Source of the DNA: Candidatus Zixiibacteriota bacterium
Lineage (GTDB): Bacteria; Zixibacteria; MSB-5A5; JAABVY01; JAHJOQ01
Assembly (NCBI GenBank): GCA_018820315.1
Contig: JAHJOQ010000110.1
Span: 2,874 to 66,873, forward strand
DNA length: 64,000 nucleotides
Direction of reading: 5' to 3'
Shown in pieces: positions 28,639 through 38,833 of this stretch. The notes below the pieces were generated by a model that worked only from the letters and a program-made list of their open reading frames with translations, was not told the origin of the DNA and did no database searches. A program made the position numbers and the translations under genes. Numbering within the stretch: the first letter of the stretch is position 1; every line of letters begins with the position of its first letter.

Positions 28639-29153
28639 CATCCAAGCTGCCGGTATATTTTGAGCAGGTCCCCGGAGGGGGAATCATTACAACGAAACTC
28701 GAGCAGGTTCTCGATTGGAGCCGGGCATCATCGCTCTGGTATATGCTGTTCGGGCTCGCCTGCTGCGCTATAGAAATGATGTGCGCGGGAGCATCGCGCT
28801 ATGATTTCGACAGGCTTGGAATGATATTCCGCGCATCGCCGAGGCAATCGGACCTCATGTTCGTCGCGGGTACTGTGACACACAAGATGGCGCCACGTGT
28901 GAAGCTGCTCTACGACCAGATGTCATCGCCGAAGTACGTGATCGCTATGGGCGGATGCGCAACTCGTGGTGGTCCCTTCTATTACGACTCATATTCAGTT
29001 CTGAAGGGCGTTGATTTGATAATTCCGGTTGATGTATACATCCCAGGGTGCCCTCCGAGGCCTGAATCGCTGATGGAAGGCTGCCTGAAACTGATGGAAA
29101 AGGTTAAGAAGGAAAAGATGGCCGACTGGAGCAGAGATGTCCGACCAGAGTGA
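28629..29153 (+). CDS. nuoB: NADH:quinone oxidoreductase subunit B
   Basis: [33 protein letters not shown]; start ATG 28629 overlaps nuoA. Confidence 0.95.
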   Translation: MGVASKLPVYFEQVPGGGIITTKLEQVLDWSRASSLWYMLFGLACCAIEMMCAGASRYDFDRLGMIFRASPRQSDLMFVAGTVTHKMAPRVKLLYDQMSSPKYVIAMGGCATRGGPFYYDSYSVLKGVDLIIPVDVYIPGCPPRPESLMEGCLKLMEKVKKEKMADWSRDVRPE

Positions 29154-29607
29154 TATGGTCAAATCACTGATTGCGGCCTTTCCCGGTAAAGTCATCGCGC
29201 TTGAGCTTGCTCCGGAGCAGGCTGCCGTCCTCGTGGGAGCATCTGCAGTGCGGGACTTCTTCCGACATCTGAAAAGTGATGACAAACTCAGGTTCGACTA
29301 TCTATCCTCTCTTTCGGGAGTCGATGCCGGCGAGCATCTTGAAGTAGTCTATCACATATTTTCGACTGTTACAAAAGCAAAACTGACTGTGAAGGTTCAA
29401 CTCCCGACCGAGAACGCCGAGATCCACTCGATCTGCGACATCTATCGCGCTACTGATTGGTACGAGCGGGAGATTCGTGAGCTTTACGGTATAGAAGTGT
29501 TGAATCATCCCGACATGCGCCCGCTGCTGCTGCCAGAAGATTGGGATCAGGGGCCTCCAATGCGCAAGGGGTGGACCGGCAGAGATTTCATTGTAAAACC
29601 TGAGTAA
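29137..29607 (+). CDS. nuoC: NADH:quinone oxidoreductase subunit C
   Basis: [35 protein letters not shown]. Confidence 0.92.
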   Translation: MSDQSDMVKSLIAAFPGKVIALELAPEQAAVLVGASAVRDFFRHLKSDDKLRFDYLSSLSGVDAGEHLEVVYHIFSTVTKAKLTVKVQLPTENAEIHSICDIYRATDWYEREIRELYGIEVLNHPDMRPLLLPEDWDQGPPMRKGWTGRDFIVKPE

Positions 29608-29635
29608 TCTTTAGATAGGGCATCTTTGATTAGGT

Positions 29636-30784
29636 ATGGACGAAGAGATTAGATCAGACCAATTAATCAGTAAATCCACTGACTCAGGTTTTGCGACTGA
29701 AGAGTTCATGGTCAATATGGGTCCGCAGCACCCATCGACTCACGGCGTATGCCGCTTGCTACTTACAATGGACGGCGAGGTGGTCAAAGACTGCCAGCCG
29801 CACGTCGGCTACCTCCATCGCGCGATTGAGAAGATCTCTGAAAACCGCACTTATGCTCAGATAATTCCACTCACCGACAGATTCGAATATCTCACGTCGA
29901 TGGCCTGCAACTGGGTTTTCTGTCTCGGTGTCGAGCGTATCTCGCAGATGGAAGTGCCCGAGCGCGCCGAGTATATACGGGTCATCATGGTGGAATTGAA
30001 CAGAATCGCGTCGCATCTGGTGTGGCTTGGGACATTCGGTCTTGATCTGGGTGCAATCACGCCATTCCTATATTGTCTGCGCGAACGCGAGCTGATAATG
30101 GATCTCTTCGAGATGACATGCGGGCAGAGATTGCTCTACAACTACATTCGCGTCGGTGGAGTATCGAGAGACCTTCCCGTCGGATTCGAGAAGAAATGTA
30201 AAGAGTTTGTCGGATATTTCATGCCGCTCGTGGACGATTACGAGGCTCTTCTGACGAATAACCCGATCTTCCTTACGCGCACCAAGAATATCGGTATTCT
30301 TCCGGTCGATATGGCGCTCAATTATGCCGTATCGGGGCCGGTGCTGCGCGGCAGCGGACTGAAGTGGGATCTTCGAAAAGACGATCCGTACGGCTACTAC
30401 CACAAATTTGATTTCGAAATCCCAACCGGTACAGTCGGCGACACCTGGGATAGATATATCGTGCGCATCAATGAGATGAGACAGTCTGCGCTGATCGTAA
30501 AGCAAGCCATTGAAGGCCTGCCGGAAGGCGAATTCCGCGCAAAGGTGAAGCCATCATTCAAACCGCCTGCCGGTGAGTGCTACACTCGAATCGAAGCGGC
30601 TCGTGGTGAAATGGGTGCTTACATCGTCAGCGATGGCACGGCAAAGCCTACACGACTGCGACTCCGTGGGTCATCCTATAATCACATTATGGTTCTGCCG
30701 GAGATTGTCAAAGGGCTCAAGATCGCTGATCTGGTCGCAATATTTGCATCGTTTGATGCCATTATGCCGGAGGTTGATCGCTAA
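29636..30784 (+). CDS. nuoD: NADH:quinone oxidoreductase subunit D
   Basis: NMGPQHPSTHGV, GYLHR, ELNRIASH, EAARGE, IMPEVDR; no NiFe-binding CxxC motifs. Confidence 0.95.
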   Translation: MDEEIRSDQLISKSTDSGFATEEFMVNMGPQHPSTHGVCRLLLTMDGEVVKDCQPHVGYLHRAIEKISENRTYAQIIPLTDRFEYLTSMACNWVFCLGVERISQMEVPERAEYIRVIMVELNRIASHLVWLGTFGLDLGAITPFLYCLRERELIMDLFEMTCGQRLLYNYIRVGGVSRDLPVGFEKKCKEFVGYFMPLVDDYEALLTNNPIFLTRTKNIGILPVDMALNYAVSGPVLRGSGLKWDLRKDDPYGYYHKFDFEIPTGTVGDTWDRYIVRINEMRQSALIVKQAIEGLPEGEFRAKVKPSFKPPAGECYTRIEAARGEMGAYIVSDGTAKPTRLRLRGSSYNHIMVLPEIVKGLKIADLVAIFASFDAIMPEVDR

Positions 30785-31821
30785 TGGAGCTTTGCGGCAT
30801 TTTCAGTTGGGTCGGCGACTTACTCCGCGAGATCGGGCTTTCGGGAACACCATTCTTAATCGTTTCCAATGTCATGGTCGCAGCAGCTCTCCTCGGCATT
30901 CTCTCACTGATGGCGCTGTTCCTTGTGTGGTGGGAGCGAAAAGTCTCCGCGCACATACAGGATCGTCTTGGACCGATGCGTGTAGGGTACCACGGCGCGC
31001 TGCAGACGCTCGCCGATGGTCTTAAACTGCTCCAAAAAGAAGATATCACGCCTTCAGGTGCAGATCGAGGAGTCTTTTTCTGGGCGCCGGTCATCACGTT
31101 TGTAGCCTGCTTCATGGCGTATGTCACGATTCCGTGGGGCGAAGGATTGATCCCGGCCGATCTCAATATCGGTATTCTCTACATCATCGCGATTACGACC
31201 TTCACAGTCATCAGTCTACTGATGGCAGGATGGGGATCGAACAATAAATGGGCACTGCTGGGCGGCATGCGCTCCGCGGCGCAGGTGATTTCTTATGAAG
31301 TCCCGCTGACCGTCGCCATCCTCGGTGTGATCGTTCTTGCAGAGTCGCTTTCGATGCAAAAAATCGTGACGGCGCAGGATGGTGTGCTGAACTGGTTCAT
31401 CTGGAGGCAGCCGCTTGGATTTGTGATCTATATCATTGCTGCGACTGCCGAAGTCAATCGCACTCCATTTGATCTGCCGGAAGCGGAGCAGGAATTGGTA
31501 GCCGGGTTTAATGTCGAATATTCCGGAATGAAATTCGCCATGTTCTTCCTGGCGGAGTTTTTGAATATGTTCACCGTTGCGGCTATAGCAACGACGCTGT
31601 TCCTCGGAGGCTGGAACGGTCCGATTCTGCCGTCATGGCTATGGTTCCTCGGCAAGACGCTGGTTATCGTCTTTGTCTTGATGTGGTTCAGATGGACTTA
31701 CCCGCGACTGAGAGTCGATCATCTTATGGAATTCGCGTGGAAGTGGCTTCTGCCGCTGGCATTCCTGAACTTGATTCTGACTGGAATCGGCCACTACCTG
31801 TGGGAGACGCTTTTCGGATAG
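30784..31821 (+). CDS. nuoH: NADH:quinone oxidoreductase subunit H
   Basis: ERKVSAHIQDRLGP, ADGLKLLQKE, RSAAQVISYE, NRTPFDLPEAEQELVAG, YPRLRVD. Confidence 0.96.
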   Translation: MELCGIFSWVGDLLREIGLSGTPFLIVSNVMVAAALLGILSLMALFLVWWERKVSAHIQDRLGPMRVGYHGALQTLADGLKLLQKEDITPSGADRGVFFWAPVITFVACFMAYVTIPWGEGLIPADLNIGILYIIAITTFTVISLLMAGWGSNNKWALLGGMRSAAQVISYEVPLTVAILGVIVLAESLSMQKIVTAQDGVLNWFIWRQPLGFVIYIIAATAEVNRTPFDLPEAEQELVAGFNVEYSGMKFAMFFLAEFLNMFTVAAIATTLFLGGWNGPILPSWLWFLGKTLVIVFVLMWFRWTYPRLRVDHLMEFAWKWLLPLAFLNLILTGIGHYLWETLFG

Positions 31822-31825
31822 GAAT

Positions 31826-32362
31826 ATGGGTAACTTTAGAAGTCTCATAGATGGTGTCTACAATTTGCTCTTAGGCCTTGGCGTGACCGCCAGGCGGTTG
31901 CCAAAGCCGGCTGTAACGCTTCAGTACCCCAAAGAGCGTTGGGAGATGCCGGAGCGATCGCGCGGTATAGTGGTCCTTCTCTCCGACAAGGAGACTGGCG
32001 AACTCAACTGCACAGGATGCTTGCTCTGTGAGAAAGCTTGTCCTACGGGCGCGATTACCATCGAGCGCGAGAAGAATGAGCAGAAAAAGTGGTACGCCAG
32101 AAGCTTCACGGTAGACAATACCATTTGTTGTTTCTGTGGTCTCTGCGAAGAGGCATGCAATTTCGCGGCGATCAAAATGGCGACAATGTATGAGTTCTCT
32201 GTTTACAATCAAAGCGAACTGATTTACGATATAAACAGGCTGCAGGAACTCGGAAGAGACGTGCCGTATACGCCCAGGCCAAAGAAGAAACCGGCTGCGA
32301 AGGTAACTGAGGGTGGAGAGGCTGACAAAGCAGGAGAAGCCGAACCGGAGGCAGAAGAGTAG
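31826..32362 (+). CDS. nuoI: NADH:quinone oxidoreductase subunit I (2x[4Fe-4S])
   Basis: TLQYP, CTGCLLCEKACP, CCFCGLCEEAC. Confidence 0.93.
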   Translation: MGNFRSLIDGVYNLLLGLGVTARRLPKPAVTLQYPKERWEMPERSRGIVVLLSDKETGELNCTGCLLCEKACPTGAITIEREKNEQKKWYARSFTVDNTICCFCGLCEEACNFAAIKMATMYEFSVYNQSELIYDINRLQELGRDVPYTPRPKKKPAAKVTEGGEADKAGEAEPEAEE

Positions 32363-32364
32363 TC

Positions 32365-32886
32365 ATGCTATCTGAAACTGCGTCATTGGTGTTCTGGGTA
32401 ATCGCCTTCGTGACAATCATGTCGGCCATACTCGTGGTGAGTCTACGGAATATTTTTCACTCTGCCCTATTCCTGGTGCTGTGCCTCTTTGCTGTCGCCG
32501 GAATATTCATTCTTTGTGAGGCGGAGTTCCTCGCCGGTGTTCAGGTGCTGATCTATGCCGGCGGAATAGCTGTCTTGATGATTTTCGCAGTTATGCTTAC
32601 TACACAAATGACCAATTATAGCATCAGTCAACAGAATGAGCAGAGGCCTCTGAGCGCTCTCGTGGCATTCTGTTTCCTTCTGATTGCCGTCGGTTCGATA
32701 CTTAAGACTCTATCTGTACCGGGCGGTTTCCCGCTGGCAAGCCACCCGGAAATCGAAGGAAGTACAACGCATACTATTGGACAGCTGCTTCTGAGAGACT
32801 TCGTGCTGCCGTTCGAGCTCGTATCAGTGGTGCTGCTGGTCGCCTTGATCGGAGCGGTTGTGCTTGCGAAAAAGGATGGTGAATAG
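32365..32886 (+). CDS. nuoJ: NADH:quinone oxidoreductase subunit J
   Basis: QVLIYAGGIAVL, LPFELVSVVLLVALIGA. Confidence 0.93.
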   Translation: MLSETASLVFWVIAFVTIMSAILVVSLRNIFHSALFLVLCLFAVAGIFILCEAEFLAGVQVLIYAGGIAVLMIFAVMLTTQMTNYSISQQNEQRPLSALVAFCFLLIAVGSILKTLSVPGGFPLASHPEIEGSTTHTIGQLLLRDFVLPFELVSVVLLVALIGAVVLAKKDGE

Positions 32887-33198
32887 ATGCAGGTCGGTTT
32901 AATACACTTTCTGGCGCTCGGCGCAGTCCTGTTCTCGATCGGAATTTATGGCGCGCTGACCCGTCGCAACGCCATCGGTGTGCTGATGTCAATTGAGCTG
33001 ATGTTCAATGCGGTCAATATTAACTTCGTCGCATTCGCCAAGTTTGTCAGCCCGGTTGCTATAACCGGCCAGGTATTCACAGTGTTCGTAATCGCTATCG
33101 CCGCCGCCGAGGCCACTGTCGGCCTGGCGATTGTGCTCGTTATATACAGGAATTTCAAGGAGATTTTCGTCGATCGCATCAATCTGATGAAATGGTAA
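32887..33198 (+). CDS. nuoK: NADH:quinone oxidoreductase subunit K
   Basis: RRNAIGVLMSIELM, AAAEATVGLAI. Confidence 0.95.
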   Translation: MQVGLIHFLALGAVLFSIGIYGALTRRNAIGVLMSIELMFNAVNINFVAFAKFVSPVAITGQVFTVFVIAIAAAEATVGLAIVLVIYRNFKEIFVDRINLMKW

Positions 33199-33202
33199 CA
33201 AT

Positions 33203-35128
33203 ATGCTTGAGTATTCGTGGATAATACCGGTACTTCCGGTGCTCTCATTCGTACTGATCATCTTCTTCACGCGATGGAATGAGAAACTGTCGTCCGGTAT
33301 TTCAATCGGCGCAATTCTGATCGGACTAGCGCACTCGATTGCGATTCTGACCAAGGTGCTGGCGAATCCAGAGCCGTTCGAGATGTCGTTCAAGTGGATC
33401 GTTCTTTCGAATTTCAATCTCGAAATCGGAATACTGATCGACCCGCTAACATCGGTTATGCTGATCGTCGTCTGTACTGTTTCATCTCTCGTTCAGATAT
33501 ATTCACTCGGTTACATGCACGGCGATCCCAGATTCTCGCGATATTTTTCATTCCTGTCGCTGTTCACATTTTCGATGCTTGGTCTTGTTCTCGCAAACAA
33601 CTTCGCGATGATATTCATCTTCTGGGAACTGGTCGGCTTGACATCATACTTGCTCATCGGGTTCTTCTACGAAAAGAAATCGGCAGCCGATGCCGGGAAG
33701 AAAGCGTTTATAACGACGCGTATTGGCGATCTTGGGTTCATTGTCGGAATACTGATGTTGGTGACCTATGCCGGAACGCTAAACTATGGCGAAGTATTTG
33801 AACTTGTAGAGAATGGCCATATTCCCGCCGGCATATTAGCCGCCGCCGGAATATTCATCTTCTGCGGAGCCATTGGCAAATCGGCGCAATTCCCGCTCCA
33901 TGTATGGCTGCCGGATGCTATGGAAGGTCCGACACCCGTGTCGGCATTGATCCACGCAGCGACAATGGTCGCGGCCGGTGTCTACCTCGTGGCGCGATGC
34001 ATCACGATTTTTGCAGCATCGGAATCGGCTGCGATGGTCGTCGCGACAATCGGTGCAATCACCGCATTCATGGCGGCTACTATTGGACTTGTGCAGAACG
34101 ATATCAAGAGAGTCCTGGCTTATTCGACAGTGTCACAACTCGGATACATGATCATGGCGATCGGCCTTGGGTCGATGACCGCAGGGATTTTCCACTTGAT
34201 GACTCACGCGTTCTTCAAGGCTCTTCTCTTCCTCGGTGCAGGTAGCGTCATTCACGCTGCGCACACGCAGGACATTCGTGAGATGGGCGGGCTTTCCAAC
34301 AAGATGAAGATCACGTCGGTGACGTTCATCATCGGATCGCTATCGCTCGCAGGAATCTTTCCGTTGTCAGGTTTCTGGTCGAAGGATGAGATCCTTGCGT
34401 CCGCGCACGGTTACCCGATATTCATGGTAGTCGCGCTTGCAGTGGCGTTTATGACCGCATTCTACATGACACGGCTCTGTTTCATGACCTTCTTCGGCAA
34501 GCCGCGAGTGCAGGAGCACTACGATCATGCGCATGAATCGCCGAAGTCGATGACGTATCCGCTGATGATTCTGGCTTTCCTCGCGATATTTGCCGGCTGG
34601 GTCGGAATGCCGTGGCTGCCCAAGGGATTCGGAAGTTTTGTTTATCATCACCACCCACATCATGGTCATGCGGACTATCTGCTGATGATTATTTCGACTC
34701 TCGTTGCAGGTTCCGGAATTGTGTTCGGATATCTTATGTACGGCAAGAAAGTCATATCGGCTGATAAGATGGCCGAGCGATTCAAACCGATCTACAATCT
34801 TCTCTTGAACAAATATTACTTTGATGAAATATATAACGCGGTCATCATCAAGCCGATCCTCGCATTCTGCAGGTTCTTATGGTCATTTGACAACGCAGTC
34901 ATTGATGGATTAGTGAACCTGACGGCTAAGTTTACTCTGCTATTGTCAACAGCGCACAACATTTTCGACAAATATGTTGTCGACGGGCTGGTCAACGGCT
35001 CCGGATACACGATCTGGGGTATCGGTTCTGCGATAAGACAGGCTCAGACCGGCAGAGTGCAGAATTATGCAATCGTAATATTTGCAGGGCTGGTGGTAGC
35101 CCTGATCATAATGCTGAATGTACTTTAG
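33203..35128 (+). CDS. nuoL: NADH:quinone oxidoreductase subunit L
   Basis: WELVGLTSYLLIGF, GKSAQFPLHVWLPDAMEGPTPVSALIHAATM, THAFFKA, FWSKD. Confidence 0.96.
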   Translation: MLEYSWIIPVLPVLSFVLIIFFTRWNEKLSSGISIGAILIGLAHSIAILTKVLANPEPFEMSFKWIVLSNFNLEIGILIDPLTSVMLIVVCTVSSLVQIYSLGYMHGDPRFSRYFSFLSLFTFSMLGLVLANNFAMIFIFWELVGLTSYLLIGFFYEKKSAADAGKKAFITTRIGDLGFIVGILMLVTYAGTLNYGEVFELVENGHIPAGILAAAGIFIFCGAIGKSAQFPLHVWLPDAMEGPTPVSALIHAATMVAAGVYLVARCITIFAASESAAMVVATIGAITAFMAATIGLVQNDIKRVLAYSTVSQLGYMIMAIGLGSMTAGIFHLMTHAFFKALLFLGAGSVIHAAHTQDIREMGGLSNKMKITSVTFIIGSLSLAGIFPLSGFWSKDEILASAHGYPIFMVVALAVAFMTAFYMTRLCFMTFFGKPRVQEHYDHAHESPKSMTYPLMILAFLAIFAGWVGMPWLPKGFGSFVYHHHPHHGHADYLLMIISTLVAGSGIVFGYLMYGKKVISADKMAERFKPIYNLLLNKYYFDEIYNAVIIKPILAFCRFLWSFDNAVIDGLVNLTAKFTLLLSTAHNIFDKYVVDGLVNGSGYTIWGIGSAIRQAQTGRVQNYAIVIFAGLVVALIIMLNVL

Positions 35129-35150
35129 TTAGATATAGAAGGAGTTCTCG

Positions 35151-36644
35151 ATGGATATACCGATTCTCAGTTTGATGATATTTATTCCGCTGCTAGGAAT
35201 GATCGTCGTCCTCTTCCTTAAACAGTCGCAGATGCAGGTTATTCGGTACACTTCGGCGTTTTTCTCGTTCATCCCGCTCCTGCTCTCATTTCTGATGCTT
35301 GCAAACTACGACTGGACGACGTCGAAGCTGCAGTTCATCGAACTGCATTCATGGATTCCATCGCTGAGCGTCAACTACCATCTCGGTGCCGATGGGTTGT
35401 CGGTTCCGATGCTGTTCTTGACCGCACTTCTGAGCTTCATCTCAATCGTCGCATCATTCGGAATCGCGAATCGTGTGAAAGAGTACTTCGCATTCTTTCT
35501 GCTTCTTGAAGTGGGAATGATGGGAGTTTTCGCAGCTCTCGATTTCTTCCTGTTCTACGTTTTCTGGGAGATTATGCTGGTTCCGATGTACTTCCTGATC
35601 GGAATCTGGGGTGGGCCGAGAAAGATATACGCGGCAATCAAGTTCTTCCTGTATACGCTGTTTGGCTCGATTTTCATGCTTGTCGGAATACTGCTTCTGT
35701 ATTTCAATACTGCGCCACACACTCTGTCCATCATGGAGCTAATTAGAGTAGGACCAAGTCTGGGGCACGACCTTCAGATCATGATCTGGGCATTCTTCTT
35801 CATCGCATTCGCTATCAAGGTGCCGGTCTTCCCATTCCACACGTGGTTACCTGACGCGCATGTCGAAGCTCCGACGGCTGTGTCGGTGATTCTGGCCGGT
35901 GTGTTGCTTAAGATGGGAACCTACGGTATTCTGAGGATTTCGTACCCGATGCTCCCGTTCGGAACCAACTACTTCTCACTCATGCTGGCAGTTCTCGGCG
36001 TGATCGGCATCATATATGGTGCACTTGTATCAATGGCTCAGACGGACCTGAAGAAGCTCGTGGCATATTCATCCGTGTCTCACATGGGCTACTGCCTGCT
36101 CGGAATGTCGGTCTTCTTCATCTCAGTCGACGGTAAGCCGTTCATCATCGGTCTTTCGGGCTGCGTGTTCCAAATGTTCTCGCACGGTCTGATCACAGGC
36201 GCGCTGTTCCTTCTGGTCGGCGCTCTCTACGATCGCGCTCACACTCGCGAGATCGCAGCTTTCGGCGGGCTCTGGACGAAAATGCCGGTTTACGGTTCTA
36301 TAATGACATTCTTCGCGATGGCATCACTCGGACTTCCGGGACTCTCCGGTTTCGTATCGGAATTCCTGGTGTTTATCGGCGGATTCGCTAAATATCCGGT
36401 ACTCACGGGCATTGCGGTGATCGGCGTAGTACTGACAGCAGGATACATACTCAGGATGGTTCAGCGCATGTTCCTCGGGCAGTTCAATGTGAAGTGGGAA
36501 CACCTTACTGAGATGAATGCCAGAGAGATATTCACCGTAACGCCGCTTATCATACTGACTCTTGCAATCGGTATATATCCGAAACCGCTCGCCAATCTGA
36601 TGGCAGCGACGCTGGAAAACATTGTAATGCTGGTGGGGAGATAG
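35151..36644 (+). CDS. nuoM: NADH:quinone oxidoreductase subunit M
   Basis: FYVFWE, AIKVPVFPFHTWLPDAHVEAPT, LLKMG, HMG, GLPGLSGF.SE. Confidence 0.96.
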   Translation: MDIPILSLMIFIPLLGMIVVLFLKQSQMQVIRYTSAFFSFIPLLLSFLMLANYDWTTSKLQFIELHSWIPSLSVNYHLGADGLSVPMLFLTALLSFISIVASFGIANRVKEYFAFFLLLEVGMMGVFAALDFFLFYVFWEIMLVPMYFLIGIWGGPRKIYAAIKFFLYTLFGSIFMLVGILLLYFNTAPHTLSIMELIRVGPSLGHDLQIMIWAFFFIAFAIKVPVFPFHTWLPDAHVEAPTAVSVILAGVLLKMGTYGILRISYPMLPFGTNYFSLMLAVLGVIGIIYGALVSMAQTDLKKLVAYSSVSHMGYCLLGMSVFFISVDGKPFIIGLSGCVFQMFSHGLITGALFLLVGALYDRAHTREIAAFGGLWTKMPVYGSIMTFFAMASLGLPGLSGFVSEFLVFIGGFAKYPVLTGIAVIGVVLTAGYILRMVQRMFLGQFNVKWEHLTEMNAREIFTVTPLIILTLAIGIYPKPLANLMAATLENIVMLVGR

Positions 36645-38135
36645 ATGCTGCCTGATTTCTCATTGTTGATGCCGGAGCTATTCCTCTTCTGTTGGGCGAT
36701 TTTGCTCTTCGTTCTGGATCTCTTTTTCCTTAAGGGAAGAAAGGACATTCTGGCGTATGTCGCACTGGCAGGGCTTGCGATCACAATAGTCATCGCGTGC
36801 ATGACGCCGCCCGGAAGAACATTTGGACGGACTTTCATCTCTGATGGGTTCACCTTCTTCTTCAATATCATCTTCCTTGCATCGACAATGATAGCAGTCG
36901 CCAGCTCCGGACAGTTCTCTGAAAAACTGAAATATCACCGAGGCGAATATTACGGCCTGATACTGATGTCGACCGTAGGCATGATGTTCATCGCGTCTGC
37001 CGGTGAAATGATCTCTCTCTACGTTGCGCTGGAATTGACTACTATCACGCTGTTCATTCTGGCTGCTTACCGCAAGACCAGAATTGAGTCATCAGAAGCC
37101 GGATTGAAGTACCTGATTCTCGGCGCCATCTCTTCGGCCATTCTTCTGTACGGAATGAGCATGATCTACGGCGCTACCGGCACCACCGATCTCGGTGCAA
37201 TGCGGGCTCTGATGGCTGCCAAACTCAATCAGGGAATCATAAAGGTGGCGTGGGATGTGCACGTTCTCGGCATGGTCATCATGATCGCCGGACTCGCGTT
37301 CAAACTTGCTGTCGTTCCGTTTCATATGTGGGCTCCGGATGTCTACGAGGGTGCTCCTACTCCGATAACATCCTATCTGTCGGTTGCCTCGAAGGCAGCA
37401 GGCCTTGCAGCAATGATCAGGATACTGATCGGCGCATTCAGGATCGATGCACTGATGGAGGACTGGGGGTTAGTGATTGCAGTGCTTGCCGCGTTGGCGA
37501 TGATTGTGGGTAACATAACCGCAGTCTTGCAGACAAACATAAAGAGAATGCTCGCATATTCTTCCATCGCTCAGGCAGGGTATATCTTGATTGGGCTGGT
37601 GGCTATGTCTCGGTTCTTCGGCACCGGAGGTGACCGTCCATGGGAACTCGGCATATCATCCCTCTCTTTCTATATGTTCGGTTACATGTTTGCGAATATG
37701 GGAGCATTTGCGGTCGCAATCGCCTTCTCTCACCAGCATGATTCAGACCAGATCAAGGACTATGCCGGGTTGGCAAAGAGATCACCGCTGCTTGCTGCGG
37801 CGATGTCGGTATTCCTATTGTCGCTGGCAGGGATTCCTCCCCTGGTCGGATTTATGGCCAAGTATTACGTGTTCGCATCCGCTATTGCAGCGGGCGGATA
37901 TCTCTGGCTGGTCTTCATCGGTGTGCTCACCTCCGTCATTGCGCTGTTCTACTATGCCTACATAATCAAGCAGATGTATTTTGAAGAAGCTGCCGAATCT
38001 GCGGTCAAGGTGAGGGTGGCTCCTATGCTTGCCGCGACGATAGCCCTGACTTTCATCGGCACGATAGCGATCGGCATCTATCCGCAGCCGTTCGTTTCGC
38101 TCGCCGAAAAGGCTGTAGCGGTATTTGGCGGTTGA
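36645..38135 (+). CDS. nuoN: NADH:quinone oxidoreductase subunit N
   Basis: EAGLKYL, FKLAVVPFHMWAPDVYEGAP, KRMLAYSSI, LAGIPP..GF..K. Confidence 0.96.
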   Translation: MLPDFSLLMPELFLFCWAILLFVLDLFFLKGRKDILAYVALAGLAITIVIACMTPPGRTFGRTFISDGFTFFFNIIFLASTMIAVASSGQFSEKLKYHRGEYYGLILMSTVGMMFIASAGEMISLYVALELTTITLFILAAYRKTRIESSEAGLKYLILGAISSAILLYGMSMIYGATGTTDLGAMRALMAAKLNQGIIKVAWDVHVLGMVIMIAGLAFKLAVVPFHMWAPDVYEGAPTPITSYLSVASKAAGLAAMIRILIGAFRIDALMEDWGLVIAVLAALAMIVGNITAVLQTNIKRMLAYSSIAQAGYILIGLVAMSRFFGTGGDRPWELGISSLSFYMFGYMFANMGAFAVAIAFSHQHDSDQIKDYAGLAKRSPLLAAAMSVFLLSLAGIPPLVGFMAKYYVFASAIAAGGYLWLVFIGVLTSVIALFYYAYIIKQMYFEEAAESAVKVRVAPMLAATIALTFIGTIAIGIYPQPFVSLAEKAVAVFGG

Positions 38136-38146
38136 TCGCAAATTCC

Positions 38147-38175
38147 TTGACACGCTGACGCGATTTTCGTATTAA
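38147..38175 (+). promoter_or_regulatory. Possible sigma70-type promoter for DUF502 / PTS-CBS genes
   Basis: TTGACA (38147-52), 17 nt, TATTAA (38170-75). Confidence 0.4.
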
Positions 38176-38188
38176 AGCGAAGACCTAT

Positions 38189-38833
38189 ATGTCTTTTAGA
38201 AGATCTATAACAGGGTTGATCAGGAACCGGTTCATTTCCGGCCTACTGGTAATTGTACCGCTAGTCATTAGTTATCAGGTACTCAGCTTCCTTCTTGCCA
38301 AGCTGGACGGATTGCTGAGTCCGTTCTTTACAAGGTATCTCGGATACGAAGTTCCCGGGCTCGGAATTGTAGTCACGCTTCTGCTCATTCTGCTGGCAGG
38401 ATTCATCGCACACAGTGTCATCGGTGGCAGACTCATTCGGACGTGGGAGCGTCTGGTCGAGAAAGTACCTCTGGTCAGGACGGTCTACATCCCTGCGAAG
38501 CAGCTCCTTGAGACTATCACACCTAAGTCCCAATCATCTTTCAAGAGGGTTGCATTGGTAGAGTACCCTCGAAAAGACGTTTGGGTAATTGGATTTTTGG
38601 CGAACGATGTCGATCTAACTAGTGGAGGAATCGAGGGCGAGTATCGCGCGGTTTTCGTTGCATCGACACCCACGCCCTTCACCGGTTTTATGGCGATGAT
38701 CCCAAAGGACGACATTCATCCGATTGATATGCCCGTCGAGGAAGCCATCAAGTTCCTGGTTTCCGGCGGCGTCGCCTGCCCCAAGTCCTGGCTACCTGCC
38801 CTCGAACCTAATGAGCGGGAGGCTAGCGACTGA
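38189..38833 (+). CDS. DUF502 family membrane protein
   Basis: FISGLLVIVP, PGLG, VPLVRTVY, LVEYPR, VFVASTPTPFTGF, EAIKFLVSGG. Confidence 0.88.
   Translation: MSFRRSITGLIRNRFISGLLVIVPLVISYQVLSFLLAKLDGLLSPFFTRYLGYEVPGLGIVVTLLLILLAGFIAHSVIGGRLIRTWERLVEKVPLVRTVYIPAKQLLETITPKSQSSFKRVALVEYPRKDVWVIGFLANDVDLTSGGIEGEYRAVFVASTPTPFTGFMAMIPKDDIHPIDMPVEEAIKFLVSGGVACPKSWLPALEPNEREASD

Noticed and set aside
29636-30784. NuoD as a group 4 [NiFe]-hydrogenase large subunit
   Set aside because: No N- or C-terminal CxxC nickel ligands, and the quinone-site motifs (HPSTHG, GYLHR) are present.
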